Positions 1 through 11,005 of a stretch of DNA of 64,000 nt are shown here, piece after piece. The DNA is from Cyanophora paradoxa CCMP329 (lineage: Eukaryota > Plantae > Glaucophyta). The position numbers and the translations under genes are program-made. Every line of letters starts with the position of its first letter. Position 1 is the first letter of the stretch. The DNA lies in assembly GCA_004431415.1 (NCBI GenBank), contig QPMI01000511.1, positions 62,001-126,000 on the forward strand, written 5' to 3'. The notes under the pieces were generated by a model. It did no database searches. It was given only the letters and a program-made list of their open reading frames with translations, and had not been told where the DNA came from.

Positions 1-948
1 AACCCGGCGCCGGACAAGACGGCCTCCTGCTGTGCGCTGCCGCACGCGAGGCACCCCTGGTGACGCGGCATACTGGTAGCGAAAACCGTTATTGCTAGGC
101 TAGACTGCTACGGTGCTACGCTGGTAACACTGCTACCCCGGTAGCTCGCCGAGGCTCGAGGCCCGCCAAGACTCGTAACTCGTGAGCGGGCCAGGCGCAA
201 AGCGCTGGGCGCTAGCTCCGAGGCTCTCAGGGCAGACTCGCGAGCTCTGCCAGGCTCTGACTCTATATAGCTAGCCTCTGATCCGGGGAGCTTCTCAGCG
301 GCTGCAGCGCTAGTCTAGTAACGCTAGCTGCGCACTGCGGCAAGGCTGCATGCGCAGCCGTGAGTCCGTGACCGGAACACGTGACCCTAGCCATCAGCGC
401 CGGGCGCGGCCGCTTGCAATTGCGGGCCAATTTGCGGCGGCGCCGGCGACCCGTCGACGCCGCGCCGGCGGGGCGTTACGCGTACGGTGAATGCGAACGT
501 TGACGTCGACGACGCGACGTTAACTGGCGCCGGGCCGGCCGGAATTCGAATTCGAAGGCTCCCAGACGGGTGGGTTTTTTTAGTTTTTCGAGCCTGTACC
601 CACATCAGCTAGCAAGAAACGCTTGGCGCAGGCAGCAGTCCGGCCGCTCTCTTACGAACCCGCAGGAGCAGAGGCATAGGAAAAAGCTTTGCAGACCGAT
701 TCCGCGCCGCGCGCGCGGAGTTGCTAATAGTCGGAGGCGATCGCCCAACCATCTCGCGCACACAGCTAGCTATATCGTTGATGCGGTACTTCAGGATGGC
801 TAACCGCTTGCTTGCCCCTTGAGCCCCAGCTGGCCGGCAGCGCAGGCCGCGCCACCGCTGCGCTCGCCCCTTGCTTTCCCGAGTAGTTGATCAGCCATAG
901 CCCAGCTTATTCCCTTCTTGCCACGCTTCTCCCCAGCAGCCAGCCACC

Positions 949-3900
949 ATGGCAGCTGGACCTCGGATGAGCCTAAGCCCTGGAATGATGAATCTGCAGG
1001 CGGTTCTCCCGTACGTGCCCGGGGGATTGCTTGCAACTGCTCCGGGCATAGCCCAGCTGAAGGCGCTCCAGGCTGGCCAGGCACGACCCGCCAGCCGCCA
1101 GTCTCTCGCGCCCGCTGATCTGCCCCACAGAGGGTGTCCGTGGCGACATACGAGGGGGCCGGCTTGCTCCTCGACAGTGCGTTCCGCTCGCTGGCGGTCC
1201 AGCGGCGCACCGCTTGAACCCCGTTCGCAGTCGCCGGCTTCTCGGCCCTCGCTCGCGATCTCACGAGGAGTAACAGCTCGACCGCGTGCGAAAAGCTGAC
1301 GGAGACGCTGAACGGTCCGCCGGGACCAGCGCGCGCGCTCGCGGTCGGCGGCGGCTTGACCGGACCGGCCCGCAGCGTTCTTCCTGGAGCTCATGAAGCG
1401 CCTGCACAGTCGGGGCGTGGAGATCCTCCTCTTCGCCGGGGACGGTGCGCTCTGCGTCTGAGGTCGCCGGGGAGCGGCTGACGCGGCGGCCGCGCGCGCG
1501 CAGCGGTGCTGGCCTTCGTGGAGAGCAACGAGCGGCGGTCGATGGGCGACGCGATCCGCCTGGCGGCGGAGGCCGCCATCGCCGTCCAGTCCATGTCCTT
1601 CAAGCGCAACAAGCACCGCCTCGTCGCCCACACGGGCCTCGGTCCGCCCGCCCCCCCGGCCCCGCCGCCGCCCTCCCGCGCCCCCGCGGGGCCTCACGCG
1701 GGGCGGCGCAGGGGCCGGCTTCCTGCAGCAGAACCTGATCGCGGGGACGGAGCGGGCGGCGCAGGCGATCTACACGGGGGACCTGGTGCGGCAGGTGTGC
1801 GAGGCGCAGCGGAGCTCGAAGGACACGGACATCGTCGTCTCCCCCGAGGCCCTCGGGCTCCTCCAGCCCATCTCCAGCTTCGGCTTCGAGCCCGTCAGCG
1901 GCGGCTCCGCGCTGCACCGCCTCCTCCCGCACGCGCACCTCCCGGGCGGCCGCCTCGCCCTCGGGGCGCAGACCTCGCGCCCCTCCACCGCCGCCTTCTC
2001 CTCGGCCCTCGCCTCGGCGCTCTCCGGCAACGGCCCGCTCTCGTACGGGTCGCCCCCCACCAGCCGGGCGACGCCGCCGACGAGCCGGCCCTCCTCGATG
2101 CGCAACATCTCGCTGGCGCTCCACCCGACGAACTCGCCGCCGGGGCCCACCGGCGCCCACCAGCAGCCGCAGCCGCAGCAGCAGCAGCGGACGCCGCCGG
2201 GGCCGGCGTCGCTCTCGCCGGGGCCGGCGACCTCCTCGGCGGCCTCCTTCCGCGACTTCCACCTCGACGGGCCCCCCACGGGCCCCGGCACGGGCCCCTC
2301 CACGCCCCTCGCCTCGGGCCAGCGCCGCGCCTCCGCCTCGCAGCACCCGCGCGGCTCGGCGCCCCAGTCCCCGGGCTCGCTGCTCTCCGCGGCGGGCATG
2401 TTCAACACGCTGGGGCCGACCTTCGCCGAGGCGCGGGGGCGCGAGTGCGAGTGCGGGGCGCTGCTCCCCGCCGCCTCGGTCGCCCCGGAGCTCGCCCTCG
2501 CCCCCTTCGAGGCCCAGGTCATGTCCCTCGCCCCCGGTCCGCCCCGCCCGCCCCCCGCCCCCGCCGCCCGAGGCCGGCGCCGCTGACGGGCCGGGGCGCG
2601 GCAGCGGCGGTGGCGGGGGGCGAGCAGAAGGCCTTCTGGGCCTCGGACATCCGCACCGTCTACGTCATCTTCGGTGCCCCCGCCCCCCGCCTGCTCGCCG
2701 GTGCCTCCGCTGACGCCCCGCCCGGCCGCTCTGCAGCCTCCTTCCCAGGTGCGGCTGCGAGGGTCCGGCCGCTCGCGGGGGGCGGGGCGCTGAGGGGGCG
2801 GGCGCAGAGCTGGACATCGACCGGTCGGCGCCCAAGGCGCGCACCAAGTCGCTGGCGGTAGCGCGCCTCCCGCCGGAGCTCGAGGAGGAGGAGCCGCTCG
2901 CGGCCCTCAACGCCCCCCGCCTCTCCTCCGCCTCGGGCGGGGCCGGCGGGCCCGGGTTCGCGCGGCGGCTCTCGGTGGGGCCCGGGCCCGGGGGCGACGG
3001 GGAGACGGCGGAGGTGGACGCGCACGCGGCGCGCTTCGGCAAGGTCGTGCGGGCCGTGCACCGCGTGTGCGAGGTCTACGGCGGCGCCGTCAACAAGGTC
3101 TTCCTCGACGACAAGGTCCCCCGCCCCCGCCCCGCCCCGCGTTCCCCGCCCCGCCCGCTCAGCGAGGAGGCGCAGGGCGCCTCGGCGCTCCTCGGCTTCG
3201 GCCTCCCCGGCTTCGTCCACGAGGACGAGTGCGCGCCCCGCCCTCCCCACGCAGCGCCCCGGCACGCCGCCCGACGTGGCGCGGCGCGGCCCGCGCGCAG
3301 CTCGGAGCGCGCGGTGCGGGCGGCGATCGACCTGGCGACCTGGTTCGAGGAGACCGACGCGCCCTTCGCCTGCGGCGTGCGCGCGCCCCGCCCCGGGCGC
3401 TCCCCGCGAAAGCCGAGCCGAGCCGGCGCGGGGCGGGCAGATCGCGGGGGGAGGACCTTCGTGGGGACGCTGGGGGCCCCTGCCGCAAGGAGTACGCTCT
3501 CGTGCGCCCTCGAGCCCCCTTTCCGCCCCGCCGCCCCGCCCCCGCGCTGGCCGAGGCTGATGCGGGGTGACAGATCGGCGACTCGGTCGTGCGCCCCCGC
3601 GCCCTCGCCCCGCCCCGCCCCGCCCCGCGCCGGCCGAGGCGGGACGGGGCGGCAGATCCTGGCAGCGCGCATGATGTCCGAGGCGCGCGTCGTCATCGCC
3701 AAGAAGGGCGCGCCCCGCTCGGTGAGCCGCCCGCCCCCCGCCCGCCGCCGCCGCCGTGCGCCGCATCGGGCGGCCGGAGCGAGGGGGTTGGGGCGGCAGC
3801 AGGAGGTCTACTGCGACGCATCGGTCTTCGAGGCGACCACCGCCGACCGCCACCCCGTGCGCCCCCGTCCGCCCCTCTCGCTTTCCTCTTCTCCTCCTCC

Positions 3901-5444
3901 TCCGAGCCGGCCGGCGGGCGGGGCGGGCAGCCGTTCGTGTTCGAGGAGCGGGAGCCGTTCAAGGCGAAGGGCTTCGCGGAGCCCGTGCGCATCTTCCGGC
4001 CTCGCGGCATGACCGGCGACGAGACGCGCGACCAGAGCAAGGTCCCCCCGCCCGCCCCCGCCCGCCCCCGCCCCCGTCCCCCCGACGCCGCCCGCCGACG
4101 CCGCCCGCGGGCCCGCCAGGCGGAGTACCGCGGGCCCAAGTCGCAGGCGGTGACGTCCGCCGGGGCGGCCGGGCAGCGCGTCAAGATCCCCTCCCAGACG
4201 CCCATCGCCATCTTCGGCCGGTGCGCGCGCCCACCCTCTCCCTCGCCTTCGCCCTCCCCCGCGCCCCGGCGGCCGCGGGGGCCGACGCGGGGCGGCAGGG
4301 AGGAGGAGATGGAGAAGATGGTGCCGCTGCTGGCGAGGCACGCGCTGGAGGGGCGGGGCGCGACGATCGTGCTGGAGGGCAAGGCGGGGATGGGGAAGAC
4401 GCACATCCGGCGCGAGCTGCAGCGCCTCGCCGCCCGCCGCGGCACGCCCGTCTTCTCCGCCTCGGGCAGCGCCGTCGAGTCCTCCACCCCGGTGCGCCCG
4501 CGGCCGCCGGCCGCGCCCGCCCGAGCGGGGCCGGGGCCGAGGGGCGGGGCGGGCAGCTCTCGTGCGTGCGGGCGATGGTGGCGGCGCTGGTGCCGGAGAC
4601 GCGGACGGAGGAGGGGCTGCGGGGCGCGCTGGCGCAGGGCGGCCTGCTGCGGGAGGACGAGGCGGCCTTCCTCTGGCGCGCCCTCTTCGAGGAGGCGGGC
4701 GAGGCGGCGGCGCCCGGCGACGAGGCGGCGAGCACGCAGCGCTCCATGGCCAAGACCGCCCGCTCCGTCAAGCGCTCCTTCGCCGTCCGCGCCGCCTCCG
4801 GCTCCGGCTCGGGCAAGAAGGAGAGCGGCGGCTCGGGGCCAGGCGGCGCGGGGGCGCTGGGGCAGGGCGCCCTGGCGCGCCTCGCGATGGTCCTCTTCCG
4901 CCTCGTCGCCGCCCTCGTCCGCCTCCGCAGCAACGACTCGGCGCACGGGGGCGAGGCCGCCGCGGCGGCGCTGGGGCCGGGGCGGTGGGGTGGCCGGGGC
5001 GCGGCGGGGCCGGTGCCGGTGCTGGAGGACCTGGCGGGGAACCCGCCGTTCGCGCTCTTCGTGGAGGATGGGCACTTCGTCGACTCGGCCTCGTGGGCCG
5101 TCCTCCACAACCTCCGCGACGTCTCCTCCCGCATGCTCGTCCGCACCGCCCCGCCCCGCCCCGCACCCCCCCGCCCGCACCGCCCGCGCCGACCCCGCCG
5201 CAGCTCGTGCTCGTGACGAGGCCGATGCAGGACCCCCGCTCGACTTCATCGCCTTGTCCACTCAGGCCCGCCCCGCCCCCGCGCCCCCCGCCCGCCCCGC
5301 CCCCGCGCCCCCGCCCGCCCCGCGCGAACCCGGCCCGAGCCCGCCGCGCAGCCGCACGCGAGCCGCCGGCGCCTGGCGGAGCCGCAGCCTGTGGAGCTCG
5401 CAGGAGGGACCACGCCCGCGCCTCGGCCAACGGCGCCTCGCCCC

Positions 5445-5483
<39 letters not shown>

Positions 5484-8400
5484 GCGCCCCGCGAGCCCCG
5501 CATCGGCCGCCATCGCCGGGGGCGGGGTGCCCGGCACGGGCCTCGCGTCGCTGACGTCGACCCTCTTCCGGCCGGCGGCGGAGAGCGCGACGGGGGAGGG
5601 CGGCCCGGGCTCCCCGGCCTCCTCCGGGGGCGAGAGCCCGCGGCGGGCGTGGTTCGCGGCGACAGAGGGCGAGCGGCGGGCGGGCGCGGCGAGCGCGCGG
5701 AGCCTGGCGGAGGCGGCGAGCAGCGCGGCGAGCCCCGGGCGGGGGTCGAACAACAGCAGCCGGCGGCGCCTCACGTTCGCGGAGGCGGCGGCCGCTGTGC
5801 TCTACGTGCGCCTCTCGCCGCTCTCGCGGGAGGCCTCCGAGGCGCTCCTCTCGCGCATGCTCGACGGCCTCCAGATGCCCGCCCGCGACCTCGAGGCGCG
5901 CCCTCCCCACGCCCCGCCCGCCCCTTGTTCTCCTGCTTACCGGGGGGGCGGGGAGCAGTACCTGCGGCAGGAGCTGCTGGCGAAGGCGGAGGGCGTGCCG
6001 CTCTACATTGTGGAGATGTCGCGGCACGTGCTGCGGGCGCGCGTGGCGGCGCAGGCGCGGGGCCTCGGGGGCGTGGACCTCACCTCGGAGATCCCGAGCT
6101 CCATCCAGAAGGTCGTCCTCTCCCAGGTCGACGCCCTCGCCAGCCACGTCCAGGTCCCCGCACCCCGCCCCGCCCCGCCCCGCCCCGCCCCGCTTCGCGC
6201 CCGCCGCTGACGCCCGGGCCCCCGCTTGCCCGCGGCGCGCGCAGGCGGTGCTGAAGCTGTGCGCGGTGATCGGCTCGGGCTTCACCGTGCAGCTGCTCAA
6301 CGCGATCGACATCTCGGGGATGGGCGCCGCCGCCATCCGCTCCGCCCTCGCCGCCCTCCGCCGCGCCGGCCTCATCCGCCGCGACGGCGACGGCGACGAG
6401 GAGGAGGACGAGGAGGACGTCCGCGCCGTGCGCCCCGCCCCCCGCCCGCCCCGCCCGTCCCGCCCGCCTATCGCCCGCGCCGGGCGGCCTCTGACGCGCC
6501 GCCGGCGTGCAGGTCGTGGTGCCCCTCTCGTCGCCGGAGGAGGGCGAGGGGGGGCGCTCGCCGGGGCACGACCCGAGCGACGAGGTGCCCCACTCGTTCA
6601 CCCACGGCATCGTCAAGGCCCGCCCCCGCCCACCCGCCCGCCGGCCCCGCCCCGCCCCGCCCCGCCGCGGCTGACGCGCCGGGGGCGCGCAGGAGGCGGT
6701 GTACCAGGGGATGACGCAGGCGGTGAAGCGGGATGTGCACTGCAACTACGCGGCGCACATCGAGGCGAGCGCCGCGGGGCGCGACCCCGCCGTCCTCGCG
6801 TGCGCCCCGCCCCCGCCCCGCCCCCGCCGCCGGTCTCGCCGACGGGGTGCGTGCGCGCGTGGGGCAGGCTGCACTGGCGGCTCGGCGAGCAGCACGACCG
6901 GGCGCTCGAGTTCCTCGAGCGGGCGGCCACGCGCGCCGTCGCCCGCGGCGCCATCGTCGAGGCCCGCCGCCTCCTCTCCGAGGCCCGCCCCGCCCCGCCC
7001 CGGCCGCCTCGCCCCCGGCACTCACGCCTGGCGGCAGATCGTGGAGACGATCGATGCGTTCAGCCTGGCGGGCAAGCTCCCGCGCCTCCCCGAGCGCTTC
7101 CACCCCCAGGCGCCCTCTGTCCCGCGCCCCCGCCCCCACCCCCTCGCCCCTCACGCGGCGGGCGGCAGGGCCTGGTGATCACGGACGTGGCGAACACGCG
7201 GGCCGGCTTCTTCCCCTTCGCGGACACCAAGCCGGAGCAGAGCCGCTGGCGCCGCGTCCGCTGGGCCGCCCTCCGCGCCTGGGCCAACCTCGAGTGCCGC
7301 CCCGCCCGCCCGCCCGCCCCGATCCCGCCGGGGCCTCGCGAGCGGGCGGGGTTCGGCGCAGGACGATGCTGGGGCGCTCGGAGGACGTCGAGTGCCTCGC
7401 GGTGCGCGCGGGCGGCCCGTCTGGCCGGCCGGCCCCCGCTCACCGCGGCGCGCGCGCGGGGCAGGGCGCGTGCCTGGAGACGCTGGGGAGCCCGTGCCGA
7501 GCTTCAAGCCCTCCTTCTGGAGCAAGATCAGTGCGCGCCGCCCGCTCGCCCCTCCGCCGGCCGGCCTCCGAGGGGCGGCGGGGGCGCAGACGTGTACGCG
7601 CGGGTGGCGAAGATCGTGCTGACGGAGCCCAAGGCGGCGCGCCCGCGGGTCAAGATCGGGCAGCTCGCCGCCGGCGAGGAGGCCCAGCAGCAGCCGCAGC
7701 AGCCGCCGCAGCCGCAGGGCGGCGGCTCGCGGCCGGGGACGCCGACGGCGGCGAAGCTGGACGGGCGGACGGAGGAGGAGATCGCCGTCGTCGACTGCCT
7801 CGTCCTCATCGGCCGCTCCGTCCTCCGCGCCGGCCGCAACGAGAAGGCGGCCGGCGGCGGCCCCGCCGACAACGTCTTCCACGTCTGGGTCGCCTCCCTC
7901 GTCCGCGCCCTCGAGCTCTCCTACTCCTGCAAGGTCCCCGCCCCCGCGCCCCCGCCCCCCCGCCCTCCTCTCCCGCCTCAGCTCCCTCCTCCGCCAGGTG
8001 GAGGCGGAGCCCCACGCGAAGGCGCTGGCGTACGGGGCGTACCTGCTGCTCGCCCTGGGGCACCAGAAGCTCGCGCAGAAGATGATCGCCCGCGCCGACG
8101 CCATCGCCGACCGCCTCGGCGAGGACGCCGTCCGCCCCCGCCCCCGCCCCCGCCCCGCCCCGCCCCGCCCCCGCCGAGGGGCCTGCTCGCTGGGGCAGGC
8201 GCGGGCGAGCGTGTGGACGGTGCGGGGGACGCTGGAGTGCACGGCGGGGCGCTTCGGAGAGGGCCACGCGCTCTTCGAGCGCACCATCGAGCACCTCGGC
8301 CTCGCCACCTTCCCCGGGGTGGAGCCGGCGACCCTCTCCCTCGTCACCCTCTTCCTCGCGGGGCGCCTGGAGGAGGCCGAGGAGCGCGCGCAGGCCCTCG

Positions 8401-9741
8401 TCGCCTTCCTCTCCCGCCTCGCCCGCGACGCCTTCGGTGCGCCCGCCCCGCCCCGCCCCCCCGCCTCGGGCGGCGTGCGAGGGGCGGGCGGGGGGCAGCG
8501 GTGGACGTGAGCACGGCGGTGACGGGCTTCGTGGCGTTCGCCGCGGGGCGCGACGACGAGGCGGCCGCGCAGCTCGACCGCCTCCCGGGGCGCCCCGCGG
8601 GGCCCTCCGCCTCCTGGGTGCACCACACCGCCGCCATCCTCATCGGCCTCTTCATCTGGCGCACCCACGGCGACACCTCCAAGGCCCGGCCCCGGCCCCG
8701 GCCCCGGCCCCGCCCCCGCCCCCGCCCCGCTTGACGCCCCGGGCAGATGCTGGAGGCGTCGCGGGGGCTGCTCTTCTGGTGGCAGCACCACCAGCGGGGG
8801 GTGACGTGGCCCTACACCCTCGCCATCTTCTGCGTCCTCGACTTCCTCCACCACCGCTCCAGCGCCGCCCGCGAGCACCTCGACCGCGTCGCACGGTCCG
8901 CCCCGCCCCGCCCCCCGCCCCCGCCCCGCCCCCGCCCCGCCCGCCGGCGCCGAGGCCGCCGCGCGCAGGCTGCGCAAGGCCGCCTCGAAGATCGCCGCCC
9001 CGCAGCTCACCGTCAGCGGCGGCGCGGCGGCGGCGCCGGCGGGCGCGCCGCACCTCGTCCTGCCGGCCGCCGCGAGCGCGGGCCTGGAGGCGGAGCCCTT
9101 CCGGAGCGCCTCGGAGCCCGTGCCGGCCACGCCGGGGGCGCGGCGGGCCTCCTCGCCGGGGGCCTTCACGGCGGGGGCGGGGCCGGCGCCGCTGCAGAAG
9201 CCGGCGTCGCTGATCATCGGGGCGGACGACGTGCGCAAGGCGACGGGCTCGACGCTGCGGAGCGCGCAGCAGGCGGCCGAGCAGGCGGCCGGCGAGCTCC
9301 GCGACGCCATGCACCTCATGGAGGCGACCGCCGCCAAGCGCCTCCCCGCCCTCGGCCCCTCCTCCGCCTCTTCGCCGCCGAGCGCCGGGGCTCTCGCCGC
9401 GGCAGCGCGCGGCGGCGCTGCGGCAGGCGCGGGAGGGGCTCGCGCAGGCGGGGCTCGCCCTCTTCGAGGCGGCCGCCCTCGTGCGGCTCGCCCTCGCCGA
9501 GCCCGACCCCGCCGCCGCCGCCGAGGCCGCCGCCGCGGCCGCCGCCCTCTGCGACGAGTCGGGCCTCGAGCTGCGCGCCCTCCTCCGCCTCCAGTCGGGC
9601 GACGCCTCCCCCGCGGCGACGCCGCCCGCGGCCGCTACGTCTCCATCTGGATCTGACGCGACGCGGTCCCACCTCGCCCGGGCCGCCTGGCCCGGCCGAA
9701 GAGGGCGGCGCGCGCCGCCCTCTCTCCTCGCTTTTATTTGA
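949..9741 (+). CDS. Soluble adenylyl cyclase (ADCY10/sAC)-like class III cyclase with P-loop ATPase and helical/TPR-like C-terminus; multi-exon
   Basis: Manually spliced exons give the C1 motifs LLDIAGFS, EKLTETLN and VEILLFAGD. C2 motifs are GGAVNKVFLDDKG, FGLPGFVHEDD, GTLG..RKEY and IGDSV-ILAARMM. Also present: Walker A GKAGMGKT (~4378-4401), Walker-B-like LFVEDGHFVDSASW, KAEGVPLYIVE and VLKLCAVIG. Many 50-90 nt GT/GC-AG introns. Start and stop are approximate. Confidence 0.85.
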
Positions 9742-11005
9742 TGCGCGCGTTTGCACCCAGGAGGTTTTCAATCGATTTGGTAGGCAGGCCAAACAGTGGT
9801 TTCAATAGCGTATTGTGGCACGCGCACTTTGTTATTGTGGCGCCCTCCTCTGCCAGAGTGGAGGGCCCCCGCCCGCTTTCTCCTCCGTGCCTCGGCTTGC
9901 AATTTACAGGATTCTGATTTGCTTGTTGGATTTTCCTCCGTCCGTCTCTGCGGTTGGACGTGTGCTCGTTTTCACTCTTCGTTGTGGCATCGGCACCAGT
10001 TTTTGCCAGTAGCACGAGGGCCACCGGCGGATAGTGCGTGCAGTGCATTAGCTGAAGCGGCTGTTTTCTCCTCGGCTTGGAGCTGCGATTTTACTCCGCG
10101 ATCCAGTATTTAAGAATTTAGACGTTGCTCGACTCTTTCGCCTGGATCTGTGCCCCGTATGTATTCATGTGCGCCTGGATCTATACGGGTATTCATGTAT
10201 TCATGTGCGTAAGATCGATTATCAATAGCCCAGGTCTTTATGCTTTGACAATACTGGACAGTATTTTACGTATGGGTCGGAGTATATGAAGCTTGCAGTG
10301 TTATCTTCAGTTTTTTTCGCGTTCTTCCTGAACGACAATCATGAATTCGATTCCTCACGTGCTTGCAATTCCCGCAGTGCCACGATGCTTGCAATTCCCG
10401 CAGCTCGAACTCGAATTCAGACGGCCGCAATTATTTGCAAACCCGACGTCGACCTTAAGGCTCGACTGCACTGCGGCATGCGCAATGGCCCCGGAAATCC
10501 TGCTCCTGCTCCTTCGAATTCCATACATAGATCTCATATGGATGATGACAGTCACAAATTTAAATTAACTACGTATACAGTCATAGCTTGAAAACCAAAA
10601 TTGATATCGATGTCGCTCATGATATCGATCAGGCCTAGGGTGCCGGCCTTGACCCTACTGGTTATTGGCTAGCCCCACCCCTATCTATATATCTAAATTT
10701 GGCCACGGCCATGGCTCTATCTTATATAATTAGACTTCGAGAGCCCAGACCGTCGCGATCGGATGCCAGCACTAGTACGGCCAGGCTCTGGCCATGGGCT
10801 GCCATAGCCACTGCCTGCTAACTGTAGCCTGTAGCCTGTATGCTAGGACCGGAGACGGGCAGCTGTACCGGGGGAACTTTCATTTTATGTACATGTACAC
10901 GTCATTTATTATAAACAAATTACAGATGCGGTTGGTATACGTAATTATAAGAAGCGCAAATTACCGGGGCGAGAGCGAATATTAATTGAAGCTCAAGGGG
11001 GGCGG

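Noticed and set aside
1445-9808. Many long Arg/Pro/Gly/Ala-rich ORFs on both strands (also 24-32 kb and 46-50 kb)
   Set aside because: They are artefacts of extreme GC content and reading through introns. The real products emerge only after splicing.
10130-10980. AT-richer stretch with short direct repeats (tgcttgcaattcccgcag x2; gtattcatgt) and small ORFs
   Set aside because: It lies between convergent 3' ends. It has no TIRs, coding bias or RNA-gene signature.
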